Position numbers and translations under genes: made by a program. A stretch of DNA of 64,000 nucleotides, from NCBI GenBank assembly GCA_964187785.1, contig OZ076409.1, positions 22,446,001 through 22,510,000 on the forward strand, given 5' to 3'. The notes beneath the pieces were generated by a model that was not told the DNA's origin, did not search any database, and saw nothing but the letters and a program-made list of their open reading frames with translations. This stretch comes from Amphiscolops sp. MND2022 (Eukaryota). Shown piece by piece: positions 25,080 to 38,859 of this stretch (position 1 is the first letter of the stretch; every line of letters begins with the position of its first letter).

Positions 25080-28000
25080 AGGTGCGTTTGGGGTGAATGG
25101 ACGGATTCGCATCCTGTGAACGCACTGTGTTCGGGTAGTGCATACTTCTGATAATGTAATTAAAGTTGGTTAGGACCTTACCTACCTTGAAAAAAAAAGA
25201 CTTCCCATTTGAAACTGTTGAAGCTAATTTTGTCGGATTTTTTGGTGATTTTTGGATTGAGAAAGAATGAGAAGTCGTTGACTTTTAATGGTAACGCTTG
25301 AGGCTTACAGTCGTAGTCTTTCTTTTCTTTGTGGTAAACTTGTACGGTGTTATCGCTAACTTGTTCATACTTCTCGTTCACTTGGTCGACAAGTTTTGAC
25401 AGATCAGTTTTGTTTGTCTCAGTTGTCATTGTGTTACTGAATTTCAGGTCTAATGCGTTGCACGGTACTCTTCCGTGGAATACTTCACTCGGTGTACATT
25501 TCAATGATTGGTACTAGGTAGTATCATGTGCCATGACAGCAATATTGACCTACTTATCCCATTGGTGGTAGTCAGCAGAAACGTTAAGTTACAAAATTTG
25601 CTTTAGTTTCTGGTGTGAACGTTCAACCACCCCTATTTTTTGGGCATGATTTACAGTGGCGTGTTCAATTTTGATTCCGACTGTTTTCTATATTTAGGAC
25701 AATGTTTGGGATGTGAAGGCTGTGCTTTTGTCGGTGATGATTGTTTTCGGAACGTAGACATGTTGGGTGAAAATTAGCATGGAAGCACTCACGAGGGATT
25801 TCGTGTCAGGTTTTCTGAACGGAACAGCAAACAGATAACGTGAGAAGTAATCGCATGCAGTCAGTATGTGCGTAAGCCTGTTAGAGTTGGGTAGTTCGAT
25901 TACTAAGTCTTTCTCCAGTACGTCTTCAGGGCAATTACGAGGACCATAGATATTTTTCTAGTGTTGAGGTGATTCGTTTTGGGTCAACAGGTTTAGCTTT
26001 AATGCAATCCACACATTTGTTGACGTATTTTAGGACATGTTTGCTCAGATTAGGTATTTAATACCGCTTGCGGAGTTCTAATAGCATTTTTGATGCCCAG
26101 GGTGTCCCTGCATGGGGTCGCCATGCATCGTCCTGAATATGGACATGGTTGTTTCTGGGGGAACTACGATTCATTTGCAGAACTCTGCCAGTGTTATTGA
26201 CAAAATTTCTGTACAACTCCTTGTTGACTACTTCCAGGCCTTGTTTGTTTTTTAGAAGTTTTGAAAAAAGGATATTGGAAAATTTACGTGGTCAGGTAAA
26301 GGTTCGTTTTTTGCCAAACTGCTGACCATTTTTTCGACATCTTGGGCACTTAACTGGTCTTGGACTATTTGCAAATCCATTTGCGGTCATACCTGATTCA
26401 CCAAGTTTGGGTGGTGACGTCTGGTGAACAACCTCGTCAACATGATGTAGGGAACGGCTCCTGTTAGGACAGGCTCGAGGTGGGTGCTGATGATCTGCAT
26501 CATTTGGGCACGTTCTTCGTCATGTTAACATTGCTTGGCGGCAAGGGAATGCAGTAGGGCCTGCATTCGTGTGATGTCGTCAGAATTCTTGACCTTTCCC
26601 GGTACTTGTTCTTTTCTTCGTCATAGTGTTCTTCGTCGTAATCTTGTTTCGTTGTTTTTGCAACTCAATCTCAATGGGATGAACAGGGATCTTCTTCAAC
26701 TTCAGTTGGATCCTGGCTTGGGGGCTGATGTCAAACCGCGACGGGTAGTCAGTATCTGGGTTTTTTACTCCGAGCACATAGGCGAGCACGAATACGAATT
26801 GGAGCGCTTGATCTCAATGATTCAAAATCTCGTGTATTCTTCATTGAGAAACACATACCCTGTTGCGTGTTCGCTGGCATCGCACAGGATGACCAGTTGT
26901 TTGTCAGGAAGTAGAAATCGGAGCAACAGTTTCTCTGCTCATGCCAGGTTTTCGTTTTTTTTCAAAGATTGATTCCTTGTGGATTCGGGTCAGTGCAAAT
27001 TTGACGTTTCTCTGGAGAAGCTTATACAAAAGAACAAGTATTTCAGCTAGCTTCGGGTTGTGTTGTCCGAAAAATTGCACGAATCTAATGTTTCGTTGAA
27101 ATGTTTTTATGGATGTTGGTAATTTCAGATTTTAGAGGAATTTGTCTATTCGCTCTCCGAGATGTGCGATTCATTTAGTAGTGATGCTGCGACCCAAGAA
27201 TTCAATCTTCGGGTATCCGAACGCACACTTTGAAACCAAGAGCTTCAATCCTGCCTTGCGAATCTGTTCGAAAACGGCTTCGACGTTTTGTATTAATTCG
27301 TCGACATTTTTGGCATTAATCCCGATGTCATCTACTCATTGGACTCACGCCTCTGCTTTTACGAGTGCATCAAAGTACTCTCGGATTGTTCTGTTGAATG
27401 CAGACAGTGATCTATTCAATCCTTTTGCAAGCCGAAGGTAGGCAAACGTCCTGCTCTCACAATTGAAAGCAAGGTGCTGAATAGAATGCTCATCGGCCAT
27501 CTGGAGGCAGCGGTAAGCTTGTGAGCCATATGTTGGGCTGTGTCGGCTCTTGTCGTGACAGGGTGGTGGTGTTGGTTATGCTCGTTCTTGAGGAGGTGGG
27601 TGATTCATCTCAACTCGACTAATATCCGTAGCTTGCCATTCAGCTTCCATTGAGCAAATGTTGAAGAGGAATATTGGCTGTACGGCAAGGTGGTGATGAT
27701 TCCGTACTCTCGCATCAGCACTACTTTGACCAGCAGGTAGTCATTTAAGTTGGTTGGGGTAGGCAAGCTCTGTGCGTTAATATAATCGTGTGGTTTCGGT
27801 GTCATCTTGATTTTTAAATCGGTGTTGATGCCTATAGCAAGCCGGTGTCGTGCAAAGATGGTATGCTATTTGACCAGTAGGGCTTCAACCATTTGCCGCT
27901 GTTGCTCGTTTCGGATTGAGTTGTCCCTAAAACTCCTAATTAGTTACGAGAGTGGTGTCAAGTTTTTCGAGTTCTCTGAATCGGATAATTTTGTCAAATA

Positions 28001-28870
28001 TTCGACGCTCAATTTTATTCAACTTGCCAGGATCTTCGCATGTGTCTCGAGTGTCGGCTACCATCGTTGTCATTTGTGGAGTTGGGGTCCTGGAACAACT
28101 GATTGATTACGTTGTCCGCTTCGTCTGCAAAATTGGAGATCAGCTTCAGTTGCTCGTTTTTGATGGGTTGCCCATTCTTTGCTTGGTTTGGTGTCAATAT
28201 TCTGAACACTGGAATTGTCGGGTTTTGGGGATCGTAATCGTATGATCCTGGTGGTTGGTAATTCGGACATGGCTCTGCTGGTCCTGTATCTCAGACTTTC
28301 ATGGGGACACTAGTAGCTCTGTCTTGCGTTCAAAGGCTGGGAACGCTTCTACAGTGCCTGTTACTGTGCCGATGGATGTCTTTTTCTGTGGTGTCTGGAA
28401 CGAAAATTTGTTGTTTGGGTAAGACGACTGTTTTCTGCGAATCTGTGCGTTACAACATCTGTAATTTGATTTTCTGTTGTGGGTTTCAGTTGTAGCGTAG
28501 TTTCTGGGAATCTTACAATGTTGTTCGCCAGTTCTAAAGTTACAGAGTATTTTTTCGAAGAAAGACGTTCCAATCAGAACGTTTCTCATTGACGGTAGGA
28601 TCAAAAATGTTTCTTCAATTATGTCCCCCTTTGAAAAAATGAAGGTTACTTGCTTTCGGACTGGAACTATACTCCCGTTGGCTATTTGGACTTCGAAGTC
28701 CGGAGCAGGCTTTCTGCCAGTTGGGCAGCTGAATGTGCCTGCAAAATTCGTTTCTGTTCATTCTCTGACATAGCGCTCTGGATTGCCCCTGTGTTCAACA
28801 GTCCTTGGTTCTTGTTTTCCCGGAGCGGTAGAGGGACGTAGAGCATCTCATTTCTTCTGTCAAGTTGTAG
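25080..28870 (-). pseudogene. pol of element B (protease, RT, RNase H, integrase; many stops and frameshifts)
   Basis: LLNTGAIQSA (D(T/S)GA-like protease). Q*VDDIGI (YVDD-like RT, ~27320). LVILCDASEHATGYV (RNase H, ~26880). HGDPMQGHP, LTACDYFSRYLFAVP and TDKSTAFTS (integrase). Confidence 0.9.
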
Positions 28871-29249
28871 GGTAGCTCCAAGTGGTCTGATGTTCATTGG
28901 TTTTGGTTGGCAATTTTGCTTGTGGTTGCTAGGTTTTGAGTTGGGTAATTCCTGTTGCTTCTCAACTGTCACTGGTTTTTGGTTTCATTTCTTGTTGGTT
29001 TGGGTTCAATTTAGTCAGGGATTCAGTTGGAGTAAAGTCGTCAGTCGTGAAGGATGTCTTCACCAGGCGAAGGATGTGGTAGTTATTGTCTGGGACTTTG
29101 TGTACATAGTATTTGATTGAAGTTTTAGTTCTTTTGTCAGAATGGTGCCGACTTTCAAACGTCTTGGTCTTCGAAATGTAGTGACATTTAGTTTGTTGTG
29201 CGCACTTTTGGTCTGGGTTAGTTGAGGATGACGTTACATCACAAGTTTT

Positions 29250-30785
29250 TTGAATTGGAGTCCAAGTCATCATTGCACTCCACGTCATAACAGTCGTTGT
29301 GGTCTTCGGTCTGGGTAGGCTGGTTTGTTTCCGGAATGATTTGGGTTATTGGTTGGCTTTTATTGTAGGACTGTTTGAAGTCTCGACTGAACTATCGATT
29401 TTCCGTAGTTGACAGTTTATTGTATGGTACATTCCGGTAGGCGGAAGCTCCTTGAATCCTCTCCCTGCAGTCGCGTGCGGAATGTCCCACTCTTTCGCAA
29501 ATTTGACACCAGTTTCGGGTTGTATTTTGGTTTGTCCTGTTGTTGTTGTTGTCGTTGGTTGTGATTATCTGATTGGGGCGCCATTAGATTTCGGTGTTGC
29601 TTCCGTTTGCTTCATTTCTCAGTAGTTTACCGCATTCAGTCCACTTGTGGCCAGTAATACTGCAGTATCGGTAATTTCCGTCGAATTCGCGTTTAACTTC
29701 CTTCGTGGCGTTTGATATGCCCGTGTTGCTGGTCGCTGTATTTGGTTGAGTACCGTATTGTCCTTCTGGGTAATTTTGCTCTTGGTTTATAGGTTGCATA
29801 CCTTAAGTGCCAGGGAGCAGTTGTGCGTTATGGCACCTGCGTTGGACGAACGTTTTTATTTCCTCCGATGATGCATCTTGTTTGCCGGCAATGGTAAGTT
29901 CGTTTTGGATTTGGAAGGGTAACTTGGCAAACAGGAAGGGTTCTGCAATGTCTTTTGTCCTTTTTTCGTACGCCTGTTTAGCTGTATTTTCAACTTAGTC
30001 AAGAAGTCTGTAAATGATCCCGTCCTTGGATCACACCTCATTTGGTCAAATTTGTACTTTGCCTTTTCTCGGAGGTCTTCTTTATCGTATTCTTTGTTGA
30101 ACGTTTTGGATGTTTGTAATGGTTGTTTTGGTTGTTAAATTCACAGTTTGTCAAAACTCGATGGCGTTGTCTTTGAGGAGGCTCTGAACAAAAATTGAGT
30201 TTCTGCTCTTCGGTCAGTTTGTGTAAGTGCGGCCTAAAATGGGTTTTGAGAAGATGCTCGAATTCGTTGTACTTCTCGCAATTTTCTCTATACAATAGAA
30301 CTTGAGTGTGGAGTATTTTGGGTTGTAGCACTCCATCTGTCATTGCTGACCTCATGTTCTGTATTACCGTCATGACGTCATCTATTTGTGGTTCGTGGAA
30401 TTGTTGAGGAGTTCCTCTTCGCTGATGTATGTTAGGAGTCGAGAGGGTTCTGCGTGGCTGAAGTAGATTAGAAGTTGGTATTGGATTCGCCGAGACTCCT
30501 TTCACCATGTCAGAACGTCGTGACGTCTCAACATTTTGGACGCTTTGACTGTTCTCTTCCCTATTGTTAGTTATTTTCTCAGTAAGGACTTTAACCATTG
30601 ATGTGAATTCACAAACTTGGCGATTCATATTCATAAACCTATGTTCCATTATCATCATTGAAATGGTTGTAAAGGTGAGTGTAAAGGTCAGGAAGATTAA
30701 ATTTACTCTCATCATCAGTGAACGTAGCCGTTCTCACGTATTCTTTTTTGTTGGTTCCATTAGCCTGAGAACTTGTGTTAACCAT
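29250..30785 (-). pseudogene. gag-like ORF of element B (frameshifted)
   Basis: Starts with an ATG at 30785 inside the LTR. YNEFEHLLK...KLTEEQKLNF. Intact zinc knuckle WCQICERVGHSARDC at ~29465-29512 and a degenerate one at ~29640-29680. Confidence 0.8.
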
Positions 30786-31491
30786 AAAGAGGAAAACTGA
30801 TTGAGTTAACGTTGTGTTTTGCTCAAGTTTTTAAGTTGCAAAACAAGAAAGATTGAAATCGAATCGGAAATTTTGTAATATTGTGGACAACTAATACGAC
30901 TGAAGGTCATGGTTGCAAAATCTTTACTGTTTTCTATCTACTGCGCAACTGTCCCATCAACTGTCTTAATTGCGTATTAATGACACATGATTGAAAGCGT
31001 CTATTTTAGTTGGTGGCTAGTTAAAATGCTAATTATCACTTCATTGACTACTGGTTACTTCAGTCGTCGTTCATTAGTATAATAGCACTTTCGCGCTGGT
31101 GTATATGATTGAACTTCGACTATCACAGGATATGCTAATTGACAACAAATGGTAGTAGTAGTTACTAATGCTACAGCACGTTCTCATATGATTGGTAATA
31201 ATTTCAAGATTTCGTCGACGCCATTTTATTCTTTTATGTATTATGGGTAACAAATAACTGTTCAGCGTACAAAATGTATGATGGATAAAAAATGACTGTT
31301 GAAGATACAAATCCATTACCATGTTATTGAATATGTAAAGTATTCTGAGCTGTATATATATGTTAACTAGGTGACGACTGGTTAAGCCCGTCGTTCTTTA
31401 ACGAAATGGTAGTTTACATGAAATTGTGTTTGATATTCTAGACGACTGTGGTGTATCGTCGTTCAAATACTTCATGCTATTCGGCATTACA
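30508..31491 (-). repeat. 5' LTR of element B
   Basis: Homologous to 10624-11137 plus 21529-21780. TG...CA ends, adjacent to the PBS. Confidence 0.85.
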
Positions 31492-32409
31492 GAAAGGTAT
31501 ACGTCTTTTTTACAACTATTGAAAAACGTTCCTAATTTTGAGTTGAAAAGACCTAATGGCTCTGCAATATGTTCAGAATAAATTATGACAAACGCGTACA
31601 GTATACATGCAGCCTAAGAGAAATATTCACAGTAACTAGTCTAAAATTATCTAAATGATTCCTTTCTTTTCATTCCGACAATTTCAAATGGAACTTGCAA
31701 CCAGGCTCCGGATTTTTATGTAAACTCATACATAATTGCTATTTGTCACACGATTTACAGAGAAGAAAAAGTGATGAAAGAGTATTCTCCAAATTGAATG
31801 GTTTGACTTTACGGGATGTTCTTCTTATAACTAGACAATCTTCATGGTTTGTAGCAGTGTTTTTCACGCCAAAACTTTTTTGAGTTTCAACAAATTCCGA
31901 TGTGTTTGGAGAGTGAACCAAGTAATACAGCGATCACGGAAGTTATCGACCGAATGGACATCAAGCTCATGGATGAAATAGCGTTTTGGCTGCTTATCCG
32001 GATTTTTAAACGATTTTCTCACGAATTTACTGGTGTCACTCTGTGATGAATTTGATAATCTGGAGAAAGTTACCGAGGAAAACTTGATGCTTTGACTGAA
32101 AATTCTGATCGACAAGTTCAGGAGAACAAGCACAAGCTCCGAAAAGAAAGCCACTTAAGATTACATTTGAAAACTTGAAACACCATTCATGTGTCTGCTG
32201 GTACATTACTGCAAATGAAGAAAACCAAAAACTTTTTCAAAAAATTCCTGCTATTACGCATATTTCATTTTCGCGCATTTACCGCAAGAAAATCCATGCC
32301 CTGCTTGCAATTTTACTTGAATTCAATTTCAATCGCACCTGTTTCATAGGATGAGCAGGAGGAATGGAACTCGATTCCCACACTAGACAAGTTTTCCAAG
32401 TTGAACTTT

Positions 32410-32948
32410 AACAAACCGGGAACGGCCCAAGTTGGCGTCCCGCTCAAGGTTTAAAAAAATTTTAATATGTTTAATATTTAAAAGGGCACTATTGTTAAAA
32501 AGTCATCAATTTTACAGTGCCAAAAATACCCTAAAGGATACGCATAAGACTCTTCACCCGACTGGAGACAACCGAAAACCCTTAAAAAACGGAAACTTGA
32601 GGGAAAAGGTTTTTAGGAATGTCTCCGGTAAGTCGTATAGTGCCGAAAACCCTAAGGAGTCCTCCATTCTGCAAAACGTTTCGTTTCTCGGAAAAACTGG
32701 AGAGAGACTTCGATTAGAAAAACAAATTTAAAAAATTGTATGACAATACGCCGATCTTTAAAAAACAAAATTCAGATATATCATGCTGGGCCCATTGGAA
32801 GGAAGCCCATTGGCTTTTTGAAATTCAAATTTGTAGCAAAATGTCAAAAAATTGAAGAGGCACCCTTTGGAGACATTAAAAAACATTTCAAAAAATTTTC
32901 ACAAAGTCAAAATAAAAAGCACAAAAAAATTGGTCGAGTGCGAGTGGG
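32410..32948. repeat. Interspersed repeat family (aacaaaccggg start; gtcgcatagtgccgaaaa motifs); further copies at ~50930-51630 and 53998-54430
   Basis: Shared start at 32410 and 53998. Shared ggtaagtcg(c/t)atagtgccgaaaa at ~32627 and ~54388, with similar motifs near 50983 and 51098. Confidence 0.65.
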
Positions 32949-34736
32949 TGTCGCAAGCATTACGATCATCAGTATGATCATCGAATTGACGACTGTGTGT
33001 TTGCCTACTTCTCACATCATTCCTGGCCTTTTCACTCCGCAGACCTTCGGAATCCACTTCCGGTCTCTCAGACGGAACGTCCCATCCATTTTTGGTCATT
33101 TGTCCTGAACCGGCCCTAATGGCATTTTGAATCTGTGGTAAAACTTGATTGCTAATGACATCATTAATGGCCCTCTGGATTTGAACACTAACCGAGTTCA
33201 TCATCTCGTCCATTTCCCGAGAAATTCAAGAATTCAGTTCACTTGACAGTTTATTAATCTCAGCACTTGAATTCGCTGTTGCTGAATTATGGTCAAAATC
33301 GGCACTGATACCTGAGTTAGTTACTCTCTGGTTCATGTGTACGTTCTCTTCATCATTTTCAAAACCATTACTAGTGACACGTTCAGGCCTTCTAGCTAGA
33401 TTACTACTTAAGCTTTCTTCTCTCCCTCTTGTGTTAAAATGATTTTTACCAAGCATTATATCAAAGTTTTCGATGTCAGAGAGCGAGCATTTCTAAACCT
33501 CTTGATTTCCTGGCTTTCTCTTGCTTTCTAGTAGTAGACATTGAGATTTCAGGTTGAAATATTTTAATTGGTGATCTAGTTCCGCAGTCTAAAAAAGCGT
33601 AACAAATACTGTTGGATTAAAACAATTGTGTCCCTGCCAAGGAAAACACGGGTATATATACTTCCGGGAGGGTGACAATTTTCCACAAACTTGAAATATT
33701 TACTAAACACAACATCAAAGTACTTATCTCCTGACATCAAGTCACACCTTTCCACAAAGGGTAACGTGAGTGTCATATTTAAATAAGCACCCTAATAGAA
33801 GGAAATTCCGGACATTGATATGCACTAAAGAACGCAACGTAAAACAAGCAATCACTTCAGGAATGTGAACATTTTACAAAGCAACTCGAGTACAAATTAC
33901 TGGCATGCGTCGCCACGTGAGAAATATTAACTAAGAGAACACTAATTTTACCTAGTATAACGGCCTAATATGGACATTTGCCCTAATATTGCATCGTAAA
34001 TAATGGTCTAGATTGGTTCAAAGATTAGTAGCTTTGACATATCTGGCACAATATCGTTTAGCATCTTTCAGGGTTATCAGATTATATGGTGCAACTAAAC
34101 TGAGAGCAACTAACAGTGAACAAAAGAAAGCAACGTCATTACATGATTAGACCGGAACAGGCCATTTGACTAATTCTAATTTAACAGCAGTAAAGGCGGG
34201 TGAATGATATGAGCCCAGAAATGGTTATAAAAACAGCTAGGTAGTTTGTACTGAGACAGAATTCATTATTAAAGGCACAAACAATCAAGTATTACTTGAT
34301 TATAAGAGTAGTTACCTTTCTCACTGCACTTTACTTTGAAGGAGGCCGAAACCGGCCTAATGACTGAAATATCAAGTAAGAAGAGTAAAGTTGCGTCATC
34401 CAGCCTTACTCGGCCAGTTTAATAAATATGCACTGAGTACATCTATGGAGTGATTTGATTGGTTGGTTAATGTATTGAGAGCTACATCGCCGAGACAGGA
34501 CGTTTCCGCATTTGAACACGTTTCGTTTCTGCGATTGAATTGCTCTCAATTTATCACAGCATCTTTCCAATTTTCATATTTACACTTACAGCGTTTGAAT
34601 TTAACAACTGCTTGATTTGGATATTTCTAAATCGTAATATTTCAACAGACTAATAAGAATACAAATGTAGCAACGGTGTTTTAACATAATTCAACTGACT
34701 AATTTTACTGTTTTAGTAGTTTTACAAGTTTGTGTT

Positions 34737-35515
34737 TCAATAAATAGGTAAGGTTCCGAGTGTTATATCTTGACCAGCAGTTAAAGTCGTATAATTGGTG
34801 CCATCACAGGCGGCAGCCTGCGAAACTGCGGGTTCTATAAAAAGTAAACTACCTGCATTCATTCCGTTAATATAGGCTTCACGCCTCAGCTTCGTGATGT
34901 AATTTGGCTCGCCGTGCGGTGTTGATCGATCCATGTACCATCTGACATTTTCGTCTTTGCTTTCGTCTATTGCCTTTCCGCACACCATGCAACTGGTACA
35001 TCTCTGCGTGCTTAAATTGTCGTAGGGGCGTGATTTCTGAATGTGAAAAGATGCCCTAAATGTCTTACTGGCTTGTGGAATCAGTGGGGTTTCACTCGAT
35101 GGGCCCCTCTCTTGTGGGGCAGTGACCATGGGGTTTCCGCAACTGGCAAGATGGTTTTGCATAGTTGGAGCCTCTGAAGAGCGTTCTCCTTCTTGGGAGC
35201 GAAACAAAGCTCCTCGTTGGAATGCTCCAGTCCAAGTTTGGGAGTAACGCTCACACCCGGCCCTCTTGTGCTAGGGCCTTGTTCGTCTTCATCTTTCTCA
35301 ACAATCATAATTCTTCCGCCATTTATTATTGGGCTCGCGTGAAAATCTCTTTCGATCCTTTCTATCAAGCGCTCTGTTTCAGTTGAACAGTCAGAGTCCC
35401 ACTCGTCTGATACTTCTCCACTCTCATCACTGGAGATAAATATTACCGACTTGCTGGAAAGATCAGAGTCTAAGTCGTCGTTGAATAATTTTCTGGAGGC
35501 GGTATGTTTCTGCAT
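34737..35515 (-). pseudogene. Accessory ORF of element C (acidic N-terminus, CxxCxxC, SQAAACD motif), one frameshift
   Basis: Overlapping ORFs 35081-35515 and 34737-35207. Homologous to 12633-12900 and 15600-15870 of element A. Confidence 0.6.
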
Positions 35516-37098
35516 GATAAGTTTTTTTTAGCAAATTTTGATTTATCTGATACGACTGAGTTTGTGCGAAAATTTAAGAAAAATAAATTTATTGAATTGT
35601 TGAAAAGAGCCGAGTTGTTCTTTTCCCGGCTATTCGTATTTGGCCGTTGATTTTTCGGTAAACTATCCTAATCCGACAGAAAAATTCCTGAATGGATTTC
35701 TTCGGCGGTAACTGGTCTTTGAATCCTCACTTCCACCCCCATTCTCATCTCCTTAAGTGGAGGAGAGAAGAGTTTTAAGGTTGTTATCATCAAATACCTT
35801 CATCTCAAGTGGGAAATCAACTGTTCGCCTGACGGCCATTAACGGCTCGCGTCGCTAACTTCTCCTAAGATGGCTTCAGTCAATCAAAATCGTTTAACAA
35901 TGAATGAAAAAGTGAATGAATAAAATGACATAAATGGTAACTAAAATGACCCAAAACGACAAAAATTTTAACTAAATGGTAATATTGGTAACGAAACAAA
36001 GCAATAAAAGCAACTAGGCAAATGGCCATTGATGGTTTCTAAATAAGTAAGTTGCAAATGGTGAAGAATGTTCTGTACGATTCGCTGTCAGACTCCGTGT
36101 ACAGTTTTGAATAAGTAAATAGCCACATAATATTAGTCTGGTAATTTCTTCAGCCACGAACTCCAAATTTCAATTTTAACTGTTGTCTTTCCAATTCCTT
36201 TATCATTTGCATTCTTCTTCAGATATATTCTTCTTTGTCTGGATTTATTCAACCCGCTTCTATCTTCCCTTGCCTCCAACTTTGTTGTGAACCTCAAATC
36301 ATTCTGGGTACCCCAGGTCTTCTTCATCCTTAGCCCATTTCGTCCAACATCCCAAGCACTATCAAAATCGATCAGCCTACTGAGGACTGTTTCCCGGAAG
36401 ATTACGTCACTGCAAGAGAATGTCTTTCAACTCAGGATGGTTCAGGTTTCATAATTTGAACTATTTAACTTGATCAGATCTAACTTTTGTTCACAAAGCG
36501 CTTCTTGTTTCCGTTTTTGAACGTGTCTTTCAAATTCAAGAGTCACTTCCGGAAGATTTTTATTGCGGCAAATAGATTCATTTCCAGGAAGCTTACCGCC
36601 AAGTTTAAATTGTTTTCGTTCACAGAACTAAAACCCCGAGACCGACGTAGTAACAAGTTCGCCAGTGACCTCTCCACCTGCTTCCGCAGACACAACCATC
36701 CTTGATCCCCAGACCGTCGCTGACCTTCTTTCTTAACTCTCCCCGAAGTGCTGATAGTGAACAGGACGTCAACGCGTATGCTGATGCGAAAGTCCAGAGT
36801 ATGGAGTCTGTGGGGCTTTCGTCCGATGCAGGGCAAGCTGCACTCGCTGCTGAAACGGAATTAGAAATCCAACCTGAAGAAGTGGCCGGTCAAGGCCTTC
36901 CGCCAGTGACAACGTTGCGGTCGAGTACCCCGATTCCAGTAACAGACGGATGGGCGGCAAGTACCAGCTCGGCTGCCTTAGAATCTGGTTTACGGATTGT
37001 TGACACTTCATCCTCACAATTGCCAGAACTTCTACCGGCGCCATGCCAGAATCCTGAAGGGACATGTGCGACGGTCGTCCAGACTGATGATGACAATG

Positions 37099-38811
37099 TA
37101 TGAAGTCCCTGCTTTGCCAAGTGCTGACCCAAAGGTACGTTTCCTCATTGATCTGAGTGAGAGTGAAAAAACTGCCGAGGAGGCAAGCAACACCGGACAT
37201 CTGCAATTATACGGCAACATTCTCAACATGTCGGAGTCATGAACTGTGGCTGGGGATGAATCAACCTCGCAAGTTGCCGGTCCTTCGCATCAGGGTTACA
37301 TTGCTACCACCTCCAGAGGGATGTAAGACAACCACCCCGAATAATCAGGAAGGGCCAGGGCAATCCTTAAAACTTATTTTGACGAGACCCGAGCTTTTAA
37401 ACTACCCCCAGGCCATTCCACACTGGCTTTTACCGAGCTACATGTATAGCATTTGTTACGAGTCCTCACAGATGAAACGCTCCAAATGTCCTACGATACC
37501 AAGGAGAAAATGATTCTCGATGTAGTGAGAGGTAAGGCTACTACAACTCCATCCACGACAGCGCACTTCTACAAGAGGGCTAGAGCTTCTACCCCCTACA
37601 GGGAGCTCTCTAGTGATTCCAGTGAGGCAGATGGCGGAGGTGACTCGAACGTTGACACACATGGCCCACACTCAACGGATCTAGGTGAAGTATGCGATTC
37701 CTCGTCATTTGGAGCGACAGCGTCGGGGAAATGGCCTTGATTTCTGCCGCCTTAAAGTCGGGACCCAAAGTTGACTCTCTTCAACCAACTAGTCCAAGGA
37801 CCTCTGCCGGACACGTTGAGGAAAAATCCCCAGAGACAGACCATAGCAGTCAGGATATAACCCTCTCTGAAGTAGGGGAACAATCACTGGACTCTGCGTC
37901 TAAGAGGAAAGGCAAGCCCAAGAGACAGCAGCAACGTTGAGTTCCAATGCGCAAGGAGTTCTTTGCGAAGATAGGATGGACAAGGTCCTTCATTTCTGGT
38001 CCTGCAGACCCCGTCCACAATCCGCACATGGTATGGTGACATGAGGGTGAACACAATTTCTCGATCAAAACTAAAGGCTCCTTTGAAATTCTTCGGCATC
38101 ACCGGAGCGAAAAACATCTGAAACGTGACCAGCGATGGAGGTACGAACACCTCAGGAGTGTTGATCGGTCACCGGCAAAATACAGCACCGAGTTAGAGGC
38201 CGTAATGGGAAGGCGCTGACGAAGATATAATTGGCGAAGAAATTACCAAAATTCATCAACGTCGAATTAGTAGATATGGGCGAACGCTTCCCCTTCTACG
38301 ACGACTTCGTCAGAGGCCGTACGACTCCCCTCATCACGCCTGAGTCACGAGCCCGCACCCAGTTATGCATCGTCTCAGATTTCCGTCAAACTCAAGGAGA
38401 TTTGTCCATACTCCGAAACTTATGGGCACGGGTCAGTTCCTTCACCGACCACCAGGCTGCTCTTTGTGATTTCGACTGGGGTGAAAAACGGATATCTGTA
38501 AGTATCTTTTCGATTGAACCTGTTTGTTGCCATCTGATTTCAAGTCATCTGATTGGGTCCTTAGCGTTTTGTTTCCATTCCAGGCCATATTCCAACACCT
38601 TTTCAATTGCGCGATGAGTGACATCGCTGAGCAGGTTACCACAGAGCAGTGCTTTGGTCTTGAGTTTGAGGACAAGGGAGCCAACAGAGTCATGTCCCTG
38701 CGCTTTCGGAAGAATACAGAACTAAGCCGTGTCTTGATTTGCCGCAGTGGGTTGCCCTCTACAGAACTGACCGGAGAGTTGGGATTCCTTGCGCGACTCC
38801 TCTCGGCATTA
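37099..38811 (+). pseudogene. Antisense ORF in element C with a degenerate BED-like zinc finger
   Basis: A chain of + strand ORF pieces. From 37947: MRKEFFAKIGWTRSFISGPADPVHNPHMVW*HEGEHNFSIKTKGSFEILRHHRSEKHLKRD, consistent with an ancestral WCxxC...RHxxSxKH. Confidence 0.55.
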
Positions 38812-38859
38812 CAGTGCCAAAAGTGGGTATTTTGAATTTTTCAGCGGATTTCACTGGAC

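Larger units (their letters stand above)
10624..31491 (-). mobile_element. Ty3/Gypsy LTR retrotransposon B (decayed, full-length), interrupted by element A
   Basis: 5' LTR 30508-31491 (TGTAATG...CTGACA on minus) followed by PBS-like TGGTGAAAGG. Gag CCHC knuckle, PR-RT-RH-IN order. PPT-like caaaaaggaa before the 3' LTR at 21780. Flanks aaaag (10619-10623) / gaaag (31492-31496) form a near-perfect 5-bp TSD. Confidence 0.9.
32949..38811 (-). mobile_element. Fragment of a third Gypsy-related LTR element (C): 3' LTR plus accessory ORF region
   Basis: Ends ...GCGACA on minus at 32949. LTR-borne ORF (MSTTRKQEKARKSR...SDIENFDIMLG) is homologous to the element A ORF (MPSTRKPRAKERRSR...SDTENLD). The SQAAACD ORF is shared with A. 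Confidence 0.75.

Noticed and set aside
38800..38813. tcggcattaca as the start of a 5.9-kb solo LTR (same 11-mer as B's LTR start)
   Set aside because: Flanks gtggg/gtgcc do not form a convincing TSD, and the upstream sequence is coding-like with no further similarity to B's LTR.
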